64,000 nucleotides of DNA from Candidatus Saccharimonadales bacterium (GTDB lineage Bacteria; Patescibacteriota; Saccharimonadia; Saccharimonadales; SZUA-47): assembly GCA_041737385.1 (NCBI GenBank), contig JBGSRU010000002.1, positions 269,437 through 333,436 of the forward strand, read 5' to 3'. Below are positions 19,492-30,897 of this stretch, in pieces. The position numbers were made by a program, and so were the translations under genes. A model generated the notes under the pieces. It saw nothing but the letters and a program-made list of their open reading frames with translations, had not been told where the DNA came from and searched no databases. Positions within the stretch are counted from its first letter, which is position 1, and each line of letters begins with the position of its first letter.

Positions 19492-22400
19492 TTACTCCTT
19501 TATACTATTTTCTTCAGTCCACTCGCGCGCATTTTGGAACATTTTAAGCCACGGTGAATCACTATCCCAATCTGAAGGATGCCATGAAAGTTGTCTCGAC
19601 TGAAACACACGCTCCGGATGAGGCATCATAATCGTTACGCGCCCATCCGGCGTCGTTAGTGACGTGATTCCATCAGGTGATCCATTGGGGTTACTTGGAT
19701 ACTTTTGGGTTGGCTTCATCGTACTATCGGTATACTGCATAGAAATTAGTTTTTTAGTTGTTGCATGTTTCATATCGTCTTTATTCATAAACACAACTCG
19801 TCCTTCACCATGCGCAACGGGTAACGGCAGTACTGCTCCTTCCATACCTTTAAAAAATAGAGAGGGCGATGAGTTGATTCGAACCGTCGCAACTCGTGCC
19901 TCGAATTGGTCTGAAGTATTTTTAAGGAATCTTGGCCACAGCTCTGCGCCAGGAATAATCTCTTTTAGTGCTGAGAGCATCTGACAACCATTGCACACAC
20001 CCAGTGTGAAGGTATCTGATCTTTTAAAGAAATCTTCAAACCTGTTACGTAGCTGCGCATTGTTCAATATTGTTTTTGCCCAACCTTCGCCCGCGCCCAG
20101 TACGTCGCCGTAAGAAAATCCACCGCATGCAACAAGACCAGAAAAATCATCAAGCGAGTGACGTCCGCTTAGAAGATCCGTTAGATGAACGTCTACTGCA
20201 GTGAAGCCAGCTTCAGTATATGCTGCAGCCATTTCAACCTGACCGTTCACGCCTTGCTCTCGAAAAATCGCAACTTTCGGACGAGTATCGAAAGCCTTGT
20301 TGCTAAGTGTAACTGTATTATTTACTTGCAAACCGTTGTATTGTTCACTAATCAGCACGCGCTCGTCATCTGCAGAGTCAGGGTTATCTCTTAATTTTTG
20401 GATCTGATAACTTGTATCTGACCATAGTAGCTCCGCTTCAGCGCGCGTCATTGTGAGCGACTCATTTTCGTCTTCAATCTGTATCTTTTCTTCTTTAGTC
20501 GGCGAACCAATACTATGTACTACGCTCCCAAGCTGTTTTTCTAGACTAGAAACAATTCGTTTTTCGTCAGACTTTCTTATTTGCAGTACACAGCCAATCT
20601 CTTCGTTGAATAACTTTTCGTTTAAAGATCCGGTTAATGATGTAAGGTTAACGTTGATTCCGCAACGACTTGCGAATGCCATCTCGCACAACGTCGCCCA
20701 CAGACCGCCGTCTGAACGATCATGATATGCAAGCACTTCCGAGGATGCCTTTAGCTTTGAAACCGCACTAAACATTTTACTGAGAAGTTCAGGCTCAACA
20801 TCAGGCGTTTCATCTCCGATTTGGTTATAGACTTGAGCGAGTGCAGATCCTGCTAATCTATTTTTTCCAGCACCAAGATCAATCAGAATTAGTGAGCTAT
20901 CTTGTGATACATCTAAATAAGGCGTCAATGTATTAGTGACATCAGCAACTGGCGCAAATGCCGTGATAACAAGCGACAGCGGGGAAGTAACTTGCTTCTT
21001 CTTATTAGTTATTCCGTCTTCCCAGACCGTACGCATACTAAGTGAATCTTTTCCGACGGGAATCGTAATCCCAAGAGCTGGGCAGAACTCTTCGCCAACT
21101 GCTTTAACCGCGTCGTATAGTTTTTTATCCTCATCAGGCGTGCCAGTTGCTGCCATCCAGTTTGCTGACATTTTTATATCTGAAGTATTTTCAACATTTG
21201 CTGCAAGGATATTGGTAACTGCTTCTGCGACAGCCATTCGAGCTGAGGCAGCCGCATTTATTAGAGCCAGCGGAGATCGTTCACCCATCGACATCGCTTC
21301 ACCTTTTTCACTATCAAAACTTACAGCACTAACCGCAACGTCGCTCACCGGCACTTGCCACGGCCCGACCATCTGATCACGCATAATCAATCCACCAACT
21401 GTTCTATCACCGATAGTAATAAGGAATTTTTTGCTTCCAACTGAAGGCAACAACAATATCCTTTTTGCGGCTTCAAGCGTATCGACAGTAGTGTCAATTT
21501 TATGTAGTTGTACTTTACTTGACACGGCTATTTTTGTAAGTCGCGGTGTCTGACCAAAAAGCATACTCATTGGTATATCTATTGGGGTTTCATTTAAAAG
21601 TGCATCTGATACAATTAATCGATCTTCCTTAGTCGTTGTTCCTACGACAGCGAACGGGCAACGCTCTCTTTCACAAAGTGCAGTAAATAATTCCAAGTCT
21701 TTTTCTGAAATACCCAACACATAGCGTTCTTGTGCTTCGTTACACCAGATTTCGAGCGGGGACATACTTGGTTCCGCACTAATCAAATCACGTAATTCTA
21801 TTTCAGCTCCTAAGTCCGAGTCATGCACAAGCTCGGGTAATGCATTAGAGAATCCACCGGCTCCAACATCATGAATACTTATAATCGGGTTTGCTTCTCC
21901 TAGCGACCAACAAGCATCAATAACTTGTTGTGCACGTCGCTCCAACTCTGGATTTCCGCGCTGAACTGATGCGAATTCTAAATCTGCACGAGATGATCCT
22001 GCTTGCATACTCGACGCAGCACCGCCGCCAAGACCGATAAGCATCGCAGGTCCACCAAGAGTAATTAGCTTTGCACCAACCGGTAAAGCTTTTTTATCAA
22101 CATGCTCTGGACGAATATTTCCAAGCCCACCAGCTATCATAATCGGCTTATGATACCCCCATCTATTTCCGTCAAAAGTATCCTCATATGTACGGAAATA
22201 GCCCAGAACATTTGGTCGACCGAATTCATTACTGAACGCAGCACCGCCTAGCGGCGCGTCAATCATTATTTCTAGAGCTGAGCTAATCCTATCAGGTTTA
22301 CCATAGTGTGACTCCCATGGTCTGACGCCGTCAGGAAGATATAAATTAGAAACGCTGAATCCGCTTAATCCCATTTTTGGCTTTCCGCCTCGGCCAGTTG

Positions 22401-23346
22401 CACCTTCATCTCGTATTTCACCTCCGATGCCCGTGGCAGCGCCAGGGAAAGGAGCTATAGCAGTTGGGTGGTTGTGTGTTTCAACTTTCAATACAGAATG
22501 AATGTTCTCGGTATGCGCGCTGTATTCACCAGTTGCGTCAGCAAAGAAGCGACCACCGCTTCCACCGGCCATAACTGCCGCATTATCAGAATACGCAGAC
22601 AACACGCCTTTTGAGTTGTGCTCGTAGGTATTTTTTATCATTTCAAACAAACTTTTATCTTGTTTTTTATGGTCAATAATCCAGTCAGCATTGAATATTT
22701 TATGTCGACAATGTTCACTATTAACTTGAGCAAACATCATTAGCTCAACGTCTGTCGGGTTTCTATCTAATTTCGTATAGGCGTCATACAAATAATCAAT
22801 TTCTTCGTCAGCTAGTGCTAAACCAAGATTTTTATTTGCTTCCACCAACGCTTCTTTACCGTTTTCACGGATTTCAACTTTGAAGAGCTGTTTCTGTGTT
22901 TTCGTATCAAACAAATTTTCAATATTAGAAAAAGAATCGCTCACGTGTTCAGTCATACGGTCACTTACTACATTAACTATCTTTGTTCTATCGATAGGTT
23001 TCTCGGAAACGACATAATACACTGTGCATCGTTCAACTCTAGTAACGTGATCTAGGCCTGCGTTAAGAGCAATATCAGTTGCCTTAGAAGACCAGGGAGA
23101 TATTGTGCCAGATCGCGGTGAGACTATAAAGAGTTCGCCGCTTTTTTCACCTTTAAAAGGACTGCCGTAGCTAAGAAGCTTTTTGAGCGTTATTTCTGAC
23201 GCTGTATCAAGTTTTGCACTTGTGTCTACGAGGTGAATATACTCTGCTTGTACGTCTACAATAGCTCCATCATTAAGACGTAAAGCTCGTAGCAGCTTTT
23301 GAGATTCTGCCGGCGAAAGTGCTGCTATATCGCCTACCGTCAGCAC
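19492..23346 (-). CDS. purL: Phosphoribosylformylglycinamidine synthase, single-chain large form
   Basis: A protein of about 1284 aa with an FGAM synthetase domain and a C-terminal glutaminase (GVCNGCQML). GTG 23346, preceded by GGAGGTG, gives an N-terminus that aligns with large PurL proteins. The listed 23376 start is a TTG inside purM. Confidence 0.9.
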   Translation of the reverse strand: MLTVGDIAALSPAESQKLLRALRLNDGAIVDVQAEYIHLVDTSAKLDTASEITLKKLLSYGSPFKGEKSGELFIVSPRSGTISPWSSKATDIALNAGLDHVTRVERCTVYYVVSEKPIDRTKIVNVVSDRMTEHVSDSFSNIENLFDTKTQKQLFKVEIRENGKEALVEANKNLGLALADEEIDYLYDAYTKLDRNPTDVELMMFAQVNSEHCRHKIFNADWIIDHKKQDKSLFEMIKNTYEHNSKGVLSAYSDNAAVMAGGSGGRFFADATGEYSAHTENIHSVLKVETHNHPTAIAPFPGAATGIGGEIRDEGATGRGGKPKMGLSGFSVSNLYLPDGVRPWESHYGKPDRISSALEIMIDAPLGGAAFSNEFGRPNVLGYFRTYEDTFDGNRWGYHKPIMIAGGLGNIRPEHVDKKALPVGAKLITLGGPAMLIGLGGGAASSMQAGSSRADLEFASVQRGNPELERRAQQVIDACWSLGEANPIISIHDVGAGGFSNALPELVHDSDLGAEIELRDLISAEPSMSPLEIWCNEAQERYVLGISEKDLELFTALCERERCPFAVVGTTTKEDRLIVSDALLNETPIDIPMSMLFGQTPRLTKIAVSSKVQLHKIDTTVDTLEAAKRILLLPSVGSKKFLITIGDRTVGGLIMRDQMVGPWQVPVSDVAVSAVSFDSEKGEAMSMGERSPLALINAAASARMAVAEAVTNILAANVENTSDIKMSANWMAATGTPDEDKKLYDAVKAVGEEFCPALGITIPVGKDSLSMRTVWEDGITNKKKQVTSPLSLVITAFAPVADVTNTLTPYLDVSQDSSLILIDLGAGKNRLAGSALAQVYNQIGDETPDVEPELLSKMFSAVSKLKASSEVLAYHDRSDGGLWATLCEMAFASRCGINVNLTSLTGSLNEKLFNEEIGCVLQIRKSDEKRIVSSLEKQLGSVVHSIGSPTKEEKIQIEDENESLTMTRAEAELLWSDTSYQIQKLRDNPDSADDERVLISEQYNGLQVNNTVTLSNKAFDTRPKVAIFREQGVNGQVEMAAAYTEAGFTAVDVHLTDLLSGRHSLDDFSGLVACGGFSYGDVLGAGEGWAKTILNNAQLRNRFEDFFKRSDTFTLGVCNGCQMLSALKEIIPGAELWPRFLKNTSDQFEARVATVRINSSPSLFFKGMEGAVLPLPVAHGEGRVVFMNKDDMKHATTKKLISMQYTDSTMKPTQKYPSNPNGSPDGITSLTTPDGRVTIMMPHPERVFQSRQLSWHPSDWDSDSPWLKMFQNAREWTEENSIKE

Positions 23347-23347
23347 G

Positions 23348-24454
23348 TTATCGCACCTCCAATGAGTCGCCCGCAAAAACGATAGATTTAGGTTCTATAA
23401 TCACTTGCTTAGGACCATCTTCAACGCAACCCGCATCAACAGCTTTAAAGCCACAGACTTCAGCAGATTTAAGCACATTAGCAACCTCTTTTTCAGGTAC
23501 ATACACTGCAAATCCAGCGCCCATATTAAAATTTCCATACATTTCACTGTCATCAACATCGACAGTTTTTTGCATAAATACGAACTCAGGTTGAGCGACT
23601 GTCACGTCTGATAACCGATAAGTAAAATTTTTATTTGCACGCATTAGCTTACGCCAGCCGTGACCGGTAATATTTACCATGTAATGGATGTCTGTCTTCA
23701 GTTCCTGCATGCGTTTCACGAAATCTACATACAAGTGTGTAGGGGTAAGAATAGCTTCACCGAAAAGCCTACCATCAGTAAGCTTCTGGCTGTATATTGT
23801 AGAGTCTTTTTCAGCCATTGAGCGAACGAAAGTAATGCCGTTAGCGTGTATGCCACTACTTTCAATCAGTACTATCCGGTCACCAGCAGTTAACTTTTCG
23901 CCCAAAACAAGATTTGATTTTGGACTGACGATACCCGTTGCTGATCCGGCTAAGTCAATAGTGTCGGGGTGAATGATATTTTTTAGCGTCGGCGTCTCAC
24001 CACCTCCCCAAGAAGCACCTGATTCAACGCAAGCTTGTGCCCAACCGTTGATTAGATCTGTTGCTCGTTGCTCGTCAAGCATCCACTTTGAATCACCGAT
24101 TGCAAAATACGCATTGACTACTTGGGGAAGCGCACCGACAACAACTAAATCATTCACAATCATTGCTATTGTATCTTTAGCTATCGTGTCGTAGTGTGAT
24201 TTTCCAGTCACTGATCTCATTACATCTGCAACTAGGTTTTTTGTACCTAGTCCTTCTATCACAAGTGACCGATAGGAATCATTTTCTTCCCATACATAGG
24301 CCGACTCTCCACGGCTCTCAGTAACTTCATTCGCTTTAAAAGCGAGTAATTGAGAAGAAGTCGATGCAGCCTTTTTTTGCGCCAAAACTTTGATCGGATC
24401 CATAGCGCTGTAATCAACCCCAGACTCAGCATAAGTGTTTTTGTTTTTACTCAA
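23348..24454 (-). CDS. purM: Phosphoribosylformylglycinamidine cyclo-ligase (AIR synthase)
   Basis: PurM-family motifs: [43 protein letters not shown] and FNMGAGF. Confidence 0.85.
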   Translation of the reverse strand: MSKNKNTYAESGVDYSAMDPIKVLAQKKAASTSSQLLAFKANEVTESRGESAYVWEENDSYRSLVIEGLGTKNLVADVMRSVTGKSHYDTIAKDTIAMIVNDLVVVGALPQVVNAYFAIGDSKWMLDEQRATDLINGWAQACVESGASWGGGETPTLKNIIHPDTIDLAGSATGIVSPKSNLVLGEKLTAGDRIVLIESSGIHANGITFVRSMAEKDSTIYSQKLTDGRLFGEAILTPTHLYVDFVKRMQELKTDIHYMVNITGHGWRKLMRANKNFTYRLSDVTVAQPEFVFMQKTVDVDDSEMYGNFNMGAGFAVYVPEKEVANVLKSAEVCGFKAVDAGCVEDGPKQVIIEPKSIVFAGDSLEVR

Positions 24455-24456
24455 AT

Positions 24457-24948
24457 TTAATACTCCAAAGCTTTATCTTTTTTAATGACTTCTGCAGTTT
24501 GACTCTCACGAAATTCTTCGTACTTTTTCAAGACTGTGGTGTCAGCTAAAGCGAGTATTTCAACTGCAAACAACGCAGCGTTCTTAGCACCATTTTCTGG
24601 CATTGTTGCCAGTGAAACACCTGAAGGCATTTTTATGTTTGACCATAGCGCCTCATGATCATGGTTGTCTTTTTTTATTGGAACAGCAATAACGGGCAAA
24701 GTAGTGTGTGACGCAGTCATGCCAGGCAAATGCGCAGAACCGCCGGCTCCTGCAATGATAATTTGCAGCCCTCTTTGAGCCGCAGACGAAGCGTATTTAG
24801 CCATAGTATCAGGTGTACGGTGCGCAGATATAATCCTCATCTCAAACGGTATACCAAAACTTTCAAGTGTCTCTGCCGCTTCACGCATGCAGTCCAGATC
24901 AGAATCTGAACCCATAATAATACCCACCAACGGTTTTGCATCACTCAT
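24457..24948 (-). CDS. purE: N5-carboxyaminoimidazole ribonucleotide mutase
   Basis: VGIIMGSDSD, SAHRTP and AGGSAHLPGM signatures. Confidence 0.9.
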   Translation of the reverse strand: MSDAKPLVGIIMGSDSDLDCMREAAETLESFGIPFEMRIISAHRTPDTMAKYASSAAQRGLQIIIAGAGGSAHLPGMTASHTTLPVIAVPIKKDNHDHEALWSNIKMPSGVSLATMPENGAKNAALFAVEILALADTTVLKKYEEFRESQTAEVIKKDKALEY

Positions 24949-24957
24949 ACTTATATA

Positions 24958-26088
24958 CTACACTCGTAGGTGCTTTCTCGCCAGACGAGCACGACTTTTC
25001 GCTTCTACCATTGTGTCTGCTGTTGCGGTTATGTGTCCCATTTTTCGGTCTATTTTAGTTGGTGACTTTCCATATAAATGGACAGATACTCCGCTGATTG
25101 ACAGCGCCAAATCAAGACCTTCACTTGTCGTTTCACCGTCACGATCACCGAGTATATTTACCATGACAGCTGCTGGAACTATCAACGACGTATCACCTAG
25201 AGGCAGGCCAGTAATAGCCCGAATATGTTGTTCAAACTGTGATGTTCGGTTACCTTCAATCGTGTGATGGCCAGAATTGTGTACACGTGGTGCAATTTCA
25301 TTTACAAGAATCTTGTTATCTTGACTCAAGAACATTTCTATCGCGAACACACCAGCTCCACCCAATTTTTCTGCGACGTTATGCGCCACTTGTCGAGCCT
25401 CTTTGCTGATTTCATCACTAACTTGTGCTGGCGATAACACTTCAACGCAGATATTCCGCTCGTGCCTCGTTTCAACAACTGGATAGGTTGCTACCGTTCC
25501 ATCCATTGCTCGAGCCACAATTACTGCTAGCTCTTTTTTAAAAGGTACAAATTTTTCTGCATACAGCTCAATATTTTTAAACTTACTCAGCGCTTCATCG
25601 ATATCAGCAACAGATGACACCACCATATTTCCCCGACCATCATAGGCGCCATGACGAGTTTTGATTAACATTTTTCCGCCGTAAGTTTTGAGTGCAGTAG
25701 TGGCGTCCTTTTTGTTCTTTACGCCAACAAAATCAGCTACTGGAATATTGTTCGCAGACAAGAATTTCTTTTGTTGCAATTTGTCTTGGATAAACTGTAC
25801 TGTTCTCGGATGTGGGTTTATTACAGCGCCTCCGTCAGAAAGCGTTTCTAGCGTTTTCGCATCAAGATGCTCTATTTCAATTGTCACATAGTCAGCGACT
25901 GAAGCTAGCTCGCGTAGAGCAGATGGATCATAAAGGTCAGCCACGATTTCTTTCGCACCAACTTGTGCAGCTGGACTGTTCGGCGACGGATTGATGACTA
26001 TTACTTCAAACCCTAGCGGCAAGGCAGTCAGAGTAAGCATTCGTCCAAGCTGTCCACCTCCAACAATGCCAATAATTTGTTTGCTCAT
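24958..26088 (-). CDS. purK: N5-carboxyaminoimidazole ribonucleotide synthetase (ATP-grasp)
   Basis: IGIVGGGQLGRML N-terminus, an ATP-grasp core and NEIAPRVHNSGH. The start is ATG 26088 (MSKQIIGIV) with a GGGAG RBS; the alternative is 26103. Confidence 0.85.
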   Translation of the reverse strand: MSKQIIGIVGGGQLGRMLTLTALPLGFEVIVINPSPNSPAAQVGAKEIVADLYDPSALRELASVADYVTIEIEHLDAKTLETLSDGGAVINPHPRTVQFIQDKLQQKKFLSANNIPVADFVGVKNKKDATTALKTYGGKMLIKTRHGAYDGRGNMVVSSVADIDEALSKFKNIELYAEKFVPFKKELAVIVARAMDGTVATYPVVETRHERNICVEVLSPAQVSDEISKEARQVAHNVAEKLGGAGVFAIEMFLSQDNKILVNEIAPRVHNSGHHTIEGNRTSQFEQHIRAITGLPLGDTSLIVPAAVMVNILGDRDGETTSEGLDLALSISGVSVHLYGKSPTKIDRKMGHITATADTMVEAKSRARLARKHLRV

Positions 26089-26297
26089 AATCTCCCTTAA
26101 CATCTAAGTTTGGTGTAGGTAACATCTGTAAATACGATTCTTAGCTAATGCAGATTGCCTTAAATAATTCGCTTTCGTAGCAACTACTACCAATAAGAAT
26201 TATTTAGGGCGAGATGGACAGATAAGATTTGTATTTATCTGGGCTTATTTTACACAAAGCTTAGATTAATAGTAACGTAAATATATTGTGGTGTACA

Positions 26298-27248
26298 ATG
26301 ACGATAAATATGAAAAATCAATCAAAAATTCAGTTCAGCGGTCAGACAAACTTCTATCAAGGCAAGGTACGCGATGTCTACACGCTGGATAGTGGACATA
26401 TCGTCATGGTTGCGAGCAACAGACTTTCAGCATTTGATGTTGTACTACCTAAACCAATCCCGTTTAAAGGCCAAGTGCTTACGCAGCTCGCCACATATTT
26501 TTTGCGCGAGACGGCAACTGTTGCTGAAAACTGGCTGATCGATACACCACACCCGTGCGTCAGTGTTGGCTACGCGTGCACCCCATATCCGCTTGAAATA
26601 GTAGTACGTAATTGTCTCGTCGGTCATGCGTGGCGAACCTACAAGTCAGGTGAACGCAGGCTATGTGGTGTGACGCTCCCGGATGGGATGAAAGAATACG
26701 ACCGTTTTGATCCGATCATCACGCCAGCTACTAAAGCAACTTCTGGCCACGACGAAGACATTAGCTACGAAGAAATTCTAGAACGCAAACTAGTTAGTAA
26801 ATCTGAGCTAGATATAATGTATGCAACTGCTCTAAGGCTTTTTGCAAAAGGCCAAGAAATGGCAAACGAGCGGGGTTTGTTCTTGGCCGACACAAAATAC
26901 GAATTCGGAGAGAGAAATGGAAAGATCCTCGTCATTGATGAAATTCACACTCCAGACTCGTCCAGATACTTTGATCTTGATAGCTACGAAGCATTTATAT
27001 CAGGCAATTCAGACTCAGAACCGAAACATCTCTCGAAAGAATTTGTGCGTGAATGGCTGATGGAGCAGGGCTTTAGCGGCCAAGAAGGCCAAAAGATCCC
27101 AGATCTAACTGACGATTTCATCGAATCAATTTCAGAAAGATATATAGATCTCTATGAAAAAATAACTAGCAGAACTTTCATCAAATCATCTGTCACGAAC
27201 GAAAAAGACATCGAAACAGTTGTCAGCGAAGCTATAAGGAATCTTTAA
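26298..27248 (+). CDS. purC: Phosphoribosylaminoimidazole-succinocarboxamide (SAICAR) synthase, long form
   Basis: GKVRDVY, NRLSAFD, LADTKYEFG and IDEIHTPDSSRY motifs. The start is ambiguous (ATG 26298 or 26310; the listed 26286 is a TTG). Confidence 0.85.
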   Translation: MTINMKNQSKIQFSGQTNFYQGKVRDVYTLDSGHIVMVASNRLSAFDVVLPKPIPFKGQVLTQLATYFLRETATVAENWLIDTPHPCVSVGYACTPYPLEIVVRNCLVGHAWRTYKSGERRLCGVTLPDGMKEYDRFDPIITPATKATSGHDEDISYEEILERKLVSKSELDIMYATALRLFAKGQEMANERGLFLADTKYEFGERNGKILVIDEIHTPDSSRYFDLDSYEAFISGNSDSEPKHLSKEFVREWLMEQGFSGQEGQKIPDLTDDFIESISERYIDLYEKITSRTFIKSSVTNEKDIETVVSEAIRNL

Positions 27249-27269
27249 CATCTGTGAGATAATTACATA

Positions 27270-28148
27270 ATGCGTAACATTGGCCTAGTCACAGACACTC
27301 TCAACCCTCTTGAAGGCGATGAACTTTTACTACTACAAGCCTTACAAGCTGATGGCGAATTTTCTGTCGATGTTGCTAGTTGGGATGATCCTTTGGTTGA
27401 TTGGAACAGATTTGGTACTTTAATCATTCGTTCTGCTTGGGATTACACCAATTCAATTGATGAGTTCGTTCACTGGACACAACATTTAGCGCGCGATGGT
27501 ATAGACCTACTCAATCCTCCGGAGGCAATTGCTTGGAATGCAAACAAGAAATATTTACTAGATCTCGCAGCATCTGGTATACCCATGCTTCCAACAGTTC
27601 TAGCAGATAAGTTATCTATTGATTCGCTAGAGATTCCGAGTAGCGAAACTGGATGGATTGTGAAGCCAACTATAGGCGCATCTTCTAAAAAAGTTCAGAA
27701 ATTTGATGCTGGAAGTGCAGACGAAACTAGAAAATACGCTACAGAACTAGTTAGTTCTAATATGGATGCGTTGATCCAGCCGTTTGCAAAAGAAATTGAA
27801 AATGGTGAAGTTTCATTTGTATTTTTTGGTGATGAATACTCGCATGCATGTATAAAAACACCTGCCAAAGGAGACTTTAGAGTACAGCATGAATATGGTG
27901 GTCGAGATAGATACTTTGACGCAACACCTGACCAAATAGCTCAAGCAAGAGCTGTTCTTGAGGCTGTTCCATATGATCTATTGTATTGTCGAGTCGATAT
28001 GGTTGAGATAGATGACAGGTTTATGCTAATGGAGCTAGAAGCGATTGAACCGTATCTTTTCTTTGGATATAACAACGCACCACAAGTTTTTTTGTCAGCC
28101 TTGAAGAAGCACATTGCTAGTTTAGAGAGTAACCAAGGCGCAAGCTAG
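27270..28148 (+). CDS. ATP-grasp fold protein of unknown specificity (RimK/glutathione-synthetase-like)
   Basis: It has the pre-ATP-grasp pattern IIRSAWDY...WNANKKYLLDL...GIPMLPT. The central region is W.VKPTIGASS. The C-terminal Mg-binding region is YCRVDMV...LMELEAIEP. It is embedded between purC and purF. Confidence 0.55.
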   Translation: MRNIGLVTDTLNPLEGDELLLLQALQADGEFSVDVASWDDPLVDWNRFGTLIIRSAWDYTNSIDEFVHWTQHLARDGIDLLNPPEAIAWNANKKYLLDLAASGIPMLPTVLADKLSIDSLEIPSSETGWIVKPTIGASSKKVQKFDAGSADETRKYATELVSSNMDALIQPFAKEIENGEVSFVFFGDEYSHACIKTPAKGDFRVQHEYGGRDRYFDATPDQIAQARAVLEAVPYDLLYCRVDMVEIDDRFMLMELEAIEPYLFFGYNNAPQVFLSALKKHIASLESNQGAS

Positions 28149-28207
28149 CTTTGCATTGATTAAGGGTTTCGTCTACAATTAGTTTTTAAGCTAGTGAGGG
28201 ATATCTT

Positions 28208-29599
28208 TTGCACTCTATTAATGAAAAGTGCGCTGTAATCGCTGTTTCTAATTCGCAAGACTTCGATGTCGCGCGCCTCGTATACCTCGGCCTCTGGGCG
28301 ATGCAACACCGTGGACAAGATAGCTCTGGAATCGCAAGCTATAACGGCAGCAAACTTCATCACCGCAAAAAACGTGGACTGGTAACGCAAGTGTACGATG
28401 AAGAATCATTAGCCTCCTTAAAAGGTCAAGCAGCAATTGGCCATAACCGCTACTCCACTTCAGGTGGCGATGACAGTTTCCTTAACCAACCGTTTACAAA
28501 TGAAGGATTAGGGTTCGCGTTTGCACATAACGGCAATCTTCCATTCACTACGAAGCTTCGAGAATACGCATTTGAACAAAAACTCACCGTAAACGGGCAT
28601 AACGATTCTGGGCTTATGGCACTAGCACTTGCTAACGAGCTAAAAAATAATGGTGGATCAATAGAAAAAGCCGTTCGAAGTTGTTGGCCACTGTTCGAAG
28701 GAGCTTTTTGTTGCGCTGGCTTATTAGAAAAAAACGTTTTCGCGTTTCGAGATGGATACGGCATACGACCGCTCAGTCTCGGTGAGACAACTCATGGCTA
28801 CGTCGTTGCATCAGAAACCGCAGCGCTTGACGCAATTGGGGCAACATATGTGAGAGACATAAAGCCGGGTGAGCTCGTCGTAATCAATAAAAAAGAAATT
28901 CAATCTTTCCAGATAGTAGAGGGCACCGAAATGCTTGATGCATTTGAATTCGTCTATCTCGCTCGTCCTGATAGTAAACTCGCAGGTAAAAGTATATTCA
29001 TGATCAGAAAAGATGCAGGAAGATTACTTGCCAAAAACTCTCCAGCAGAAGCAGATATTGTGCTTGCTGCACCGGATTCAGGTACCCCAGCTGCAGTTGG
29101 CTACTCTGAGGAGTCGGGCATCCCAATGGGCCACGGACTTATTAAAAACCGATATATCGGACGAACATTTATTGAGCCAGAAAAAATCAGGAAGAGTTCT
29201 GTCGAGCTAAAATTCAATGTCATACCTGAAGTCATTGAAGGGAAGCGAATAGTGTTGGTTGATGATTCGATAGTGCGTGGCAATACCTTAAAGCACCTGA
29301 CTAAACTGCTCAAAAAAAACGGCGCAAAAGAAGTACACCTCCGTATCGCTTCACCTCCTGTGAAATATCCAGATTTTTATGGCATAGACACGCCCAACGG
29401 GTTTGATCTACTTGCGCATTCGTACACTGTAGAAGAAAGCAGAGAGCGTCTCGACGCCGATAGTCTTGAATATCTAAGCGTTGGTGATCTAGTAAAGAGT
29501 ACTGGTCTTAGCCGCGGTAAATTATGTTTATCGAGCTTCACTGGAGAATACCCAATTCCTGTTCCTGACCAAAAACAACAAAGAGAAAGTAACGAATAG
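28208..29599 (+). CDS. purF: Amidophosphoribosyltransferase
   Basis: Ntn-type Cys after a short propeptide (MHSINEK-CAVIAV), HRGQDSSG, the PRT motif IVLVDDSIVRGNT, and a TTG start with a GAGGGA RBS. Confidence 0.9.
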   Translation: MHSINEKCAVIAVSNSQDFDVARLVYLGLWAMQHRGQDSSGIASYNGSKLHHRKKRGLVTQVYDEESLASLKGQAAIGHNRYSTSGGDDSFLNQPFTNEGLGFAFAHNGNLPFTTKLREYAFEQKLTVNGHNDSGLMALALANELKNNGGSIEKAVRSCWPLFEGAFCCAGLLEKNVFAFRDGYGIRPLSLGETTHGYVVASETAALDAIGATYVRDIKPGELVVINKKEIQSFQIVEGTEMLDAFEFVYLARPDSKLAGKSIFMIRKDAGRLLAKNSPAEADIVLAAPDSGTPAAVGYSEESGIPMGHGLIKNRYIGRTFIEPEKIRKSSVELKFNVIPEVIEGKRIVLVDDSIVRGNTLKHLTKLLKKNGAKEVHLRIASPPVKYPDFYGIDTPNGFDLLAHSYTVEESRERLDADSLEYLSVGDLVKSTGLSRGKLCLSSFTGEYPIPVPDQKQQRESNE

Positions 29600-30891
29600 T
29601 GGAGAAAAACGTCTTGATCGTAGGTGCAGCCGGTCGAGATCATGCGCTCGCATGGAAACTTTCACAAGCTAGTAGAATCGGAGAAATATTTGTCGCACCA
29701 GGAAACGGAGGGACTGCGCTGATTGCTACAAACGTAGCCATCGCAGTTGATGCATTTGATGAACTCATTGCTTTTGCAAAAGCCAACGCTGTAGACATAG
29801 TCTATGTCAGTGGTGACGACGAGCTAGGAGCTGGACTTGTAGATATGTGTAACGCTGCTGGGCTAAAAGCTTTTGGACCAACCAAAGCCGCAGCAAGAAT
29901 TGAATCGTCTAAAGCGTTCTCCAAAGATTTTATGATTAGCCACGATATTCCGACCGCAGCCTACAAAACATTCAAGGATTACGATGCCGCCAAAACATAT
30001 ATACAGACTCAGCCCTTGCCGGTTGTGATAAAAGCTAGTGGACTCGCAGCTGGTAAAGGAGCAATAATTTGCCGTACACTCGACGAAGCAGAAACGTCGC
30101 TATATGAAATTATGGTTGATAAGATGTTCGGATCAGCTGGCGACAAAGTAGTTATCGAAGAATTCATGGAAGGACCAGAAATATCTATTCATGTATTCAG
30201 TGACGGCAGTACATACAAGCTATTCCCCCCAGCGCAAGACCACAAGGCTATTTATGAAGGTAATAGTGGCCCTAATACAGGGGGCATGGGTACGCTTGCA
30301 CCGCTTCCTTATGTCAGCGATGAACTTATGAATGAAATAGACCGTAAAATTGTCGCACCTGTTATCTCTGGTATGAGAGAGATGGGTTGTGAGTTCAAGG
30401 GCGTTTTATACCCAGGTATTATGCTCACTTCAGAAGGGCCTAAGGTGCTTGAATACAATGCACGGTTTGGTGATCCTGAAACACAATCATATCTTCGCTT
30501 ACTTGAAACTGATTTACTGGAAATATTAGAAGCATGTATAGACGGGACCTTGGATAAGGTTAATCTCAAATGGTCAGACAAAACTGCAGTCAACATTGTT
30601 CTTGCTTCAGCTGGATATCCAGAAGCTTACGAAAAAGGTAAAGAAATTATCGGGATCACAGAAGCTGAAAATAACGATGATATTGTTGTATTTCAAGCAG
30701 GAACTACGCTAAAAGACAACGCATTGCTTACAAATGGCGGACGTGTGCTGGGAGTTAGTGCAGTCGGCGACAATCTTGACGATGCATTAGCCAAAGCATA
30801 CAGTGCTGCCGAGCATATCCAGTTCGAAGGCAAAACACTCCGAACAGACATCGGAAAAGCACACAACAATGCTCGTTTAAGGGACTTTTAA
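29599..30891 (+). CDS. purD: Phosphoribosylamine-glycine ligase
   Basis: VLIVGAAGRDHALAWKL, VAPGNGGT, an ATP-grasp core and ARFGDPE. The GTG start overlaps the purF stop by 1 nt. Confidence 0.9.
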   Translation: MEKNVLIVGAAGRDHALAWKLSQASRIGEIFVAPGNGGTALIATNVAIAVDAFDELIAFAKANAVDIVYVSGDDELGAGLVDMCNAAGLKAFGPTKAAARIESSKAFSKDFMISHDIPTAAYKTFKDYDAAKTYIQTQPLPVVIKASGLAAGKGAIICRTLDEAETSLYEIMVDKMFGSAGDKVVIEEFMEGPEISIHVFSDGSTYKLFPPAQDHKAIYEGNSGPNTGGMGTLAPLPYVSDELMNEIDRKIVAPVISGMREMGCEFKGVLYPGIMLTSEGPKVLEYNARFGDPETQSYLRLLETDLLEILEACIDGTLDKVNLKWSDKTAVNIVLASAGYPEAYEKGKEIIGITEAENNDDIVVFQAGTTLKDNALLTNGGRVLGVSAVGDNLDDALAKAYSAAEHIQFEGKTLRTDIGKAHNNARLRDF

Positions 30892-30897
30892 TAACGT

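Noticed and set aside
23347-23376. The listed purL start at 23376, which overlaps purM by 29 nt.
   Set aside because: That codon is a TTG inside purM. GTG 23346 follows a GGAGGTG RBS, starts 1 nt after the purM stop, and gives an N-terminus that aligns with large PurL proteins.
26104-26297. A purine, ZTP or PRPP riboswitch, or a PurR box, in the divergent purK/purC intergenic region.
   Set aside because: By eye there is no match to the conserved cores I remember for the purine or ZTP (pfl) motifs. I cannot exclude one without a covariance-model scan.
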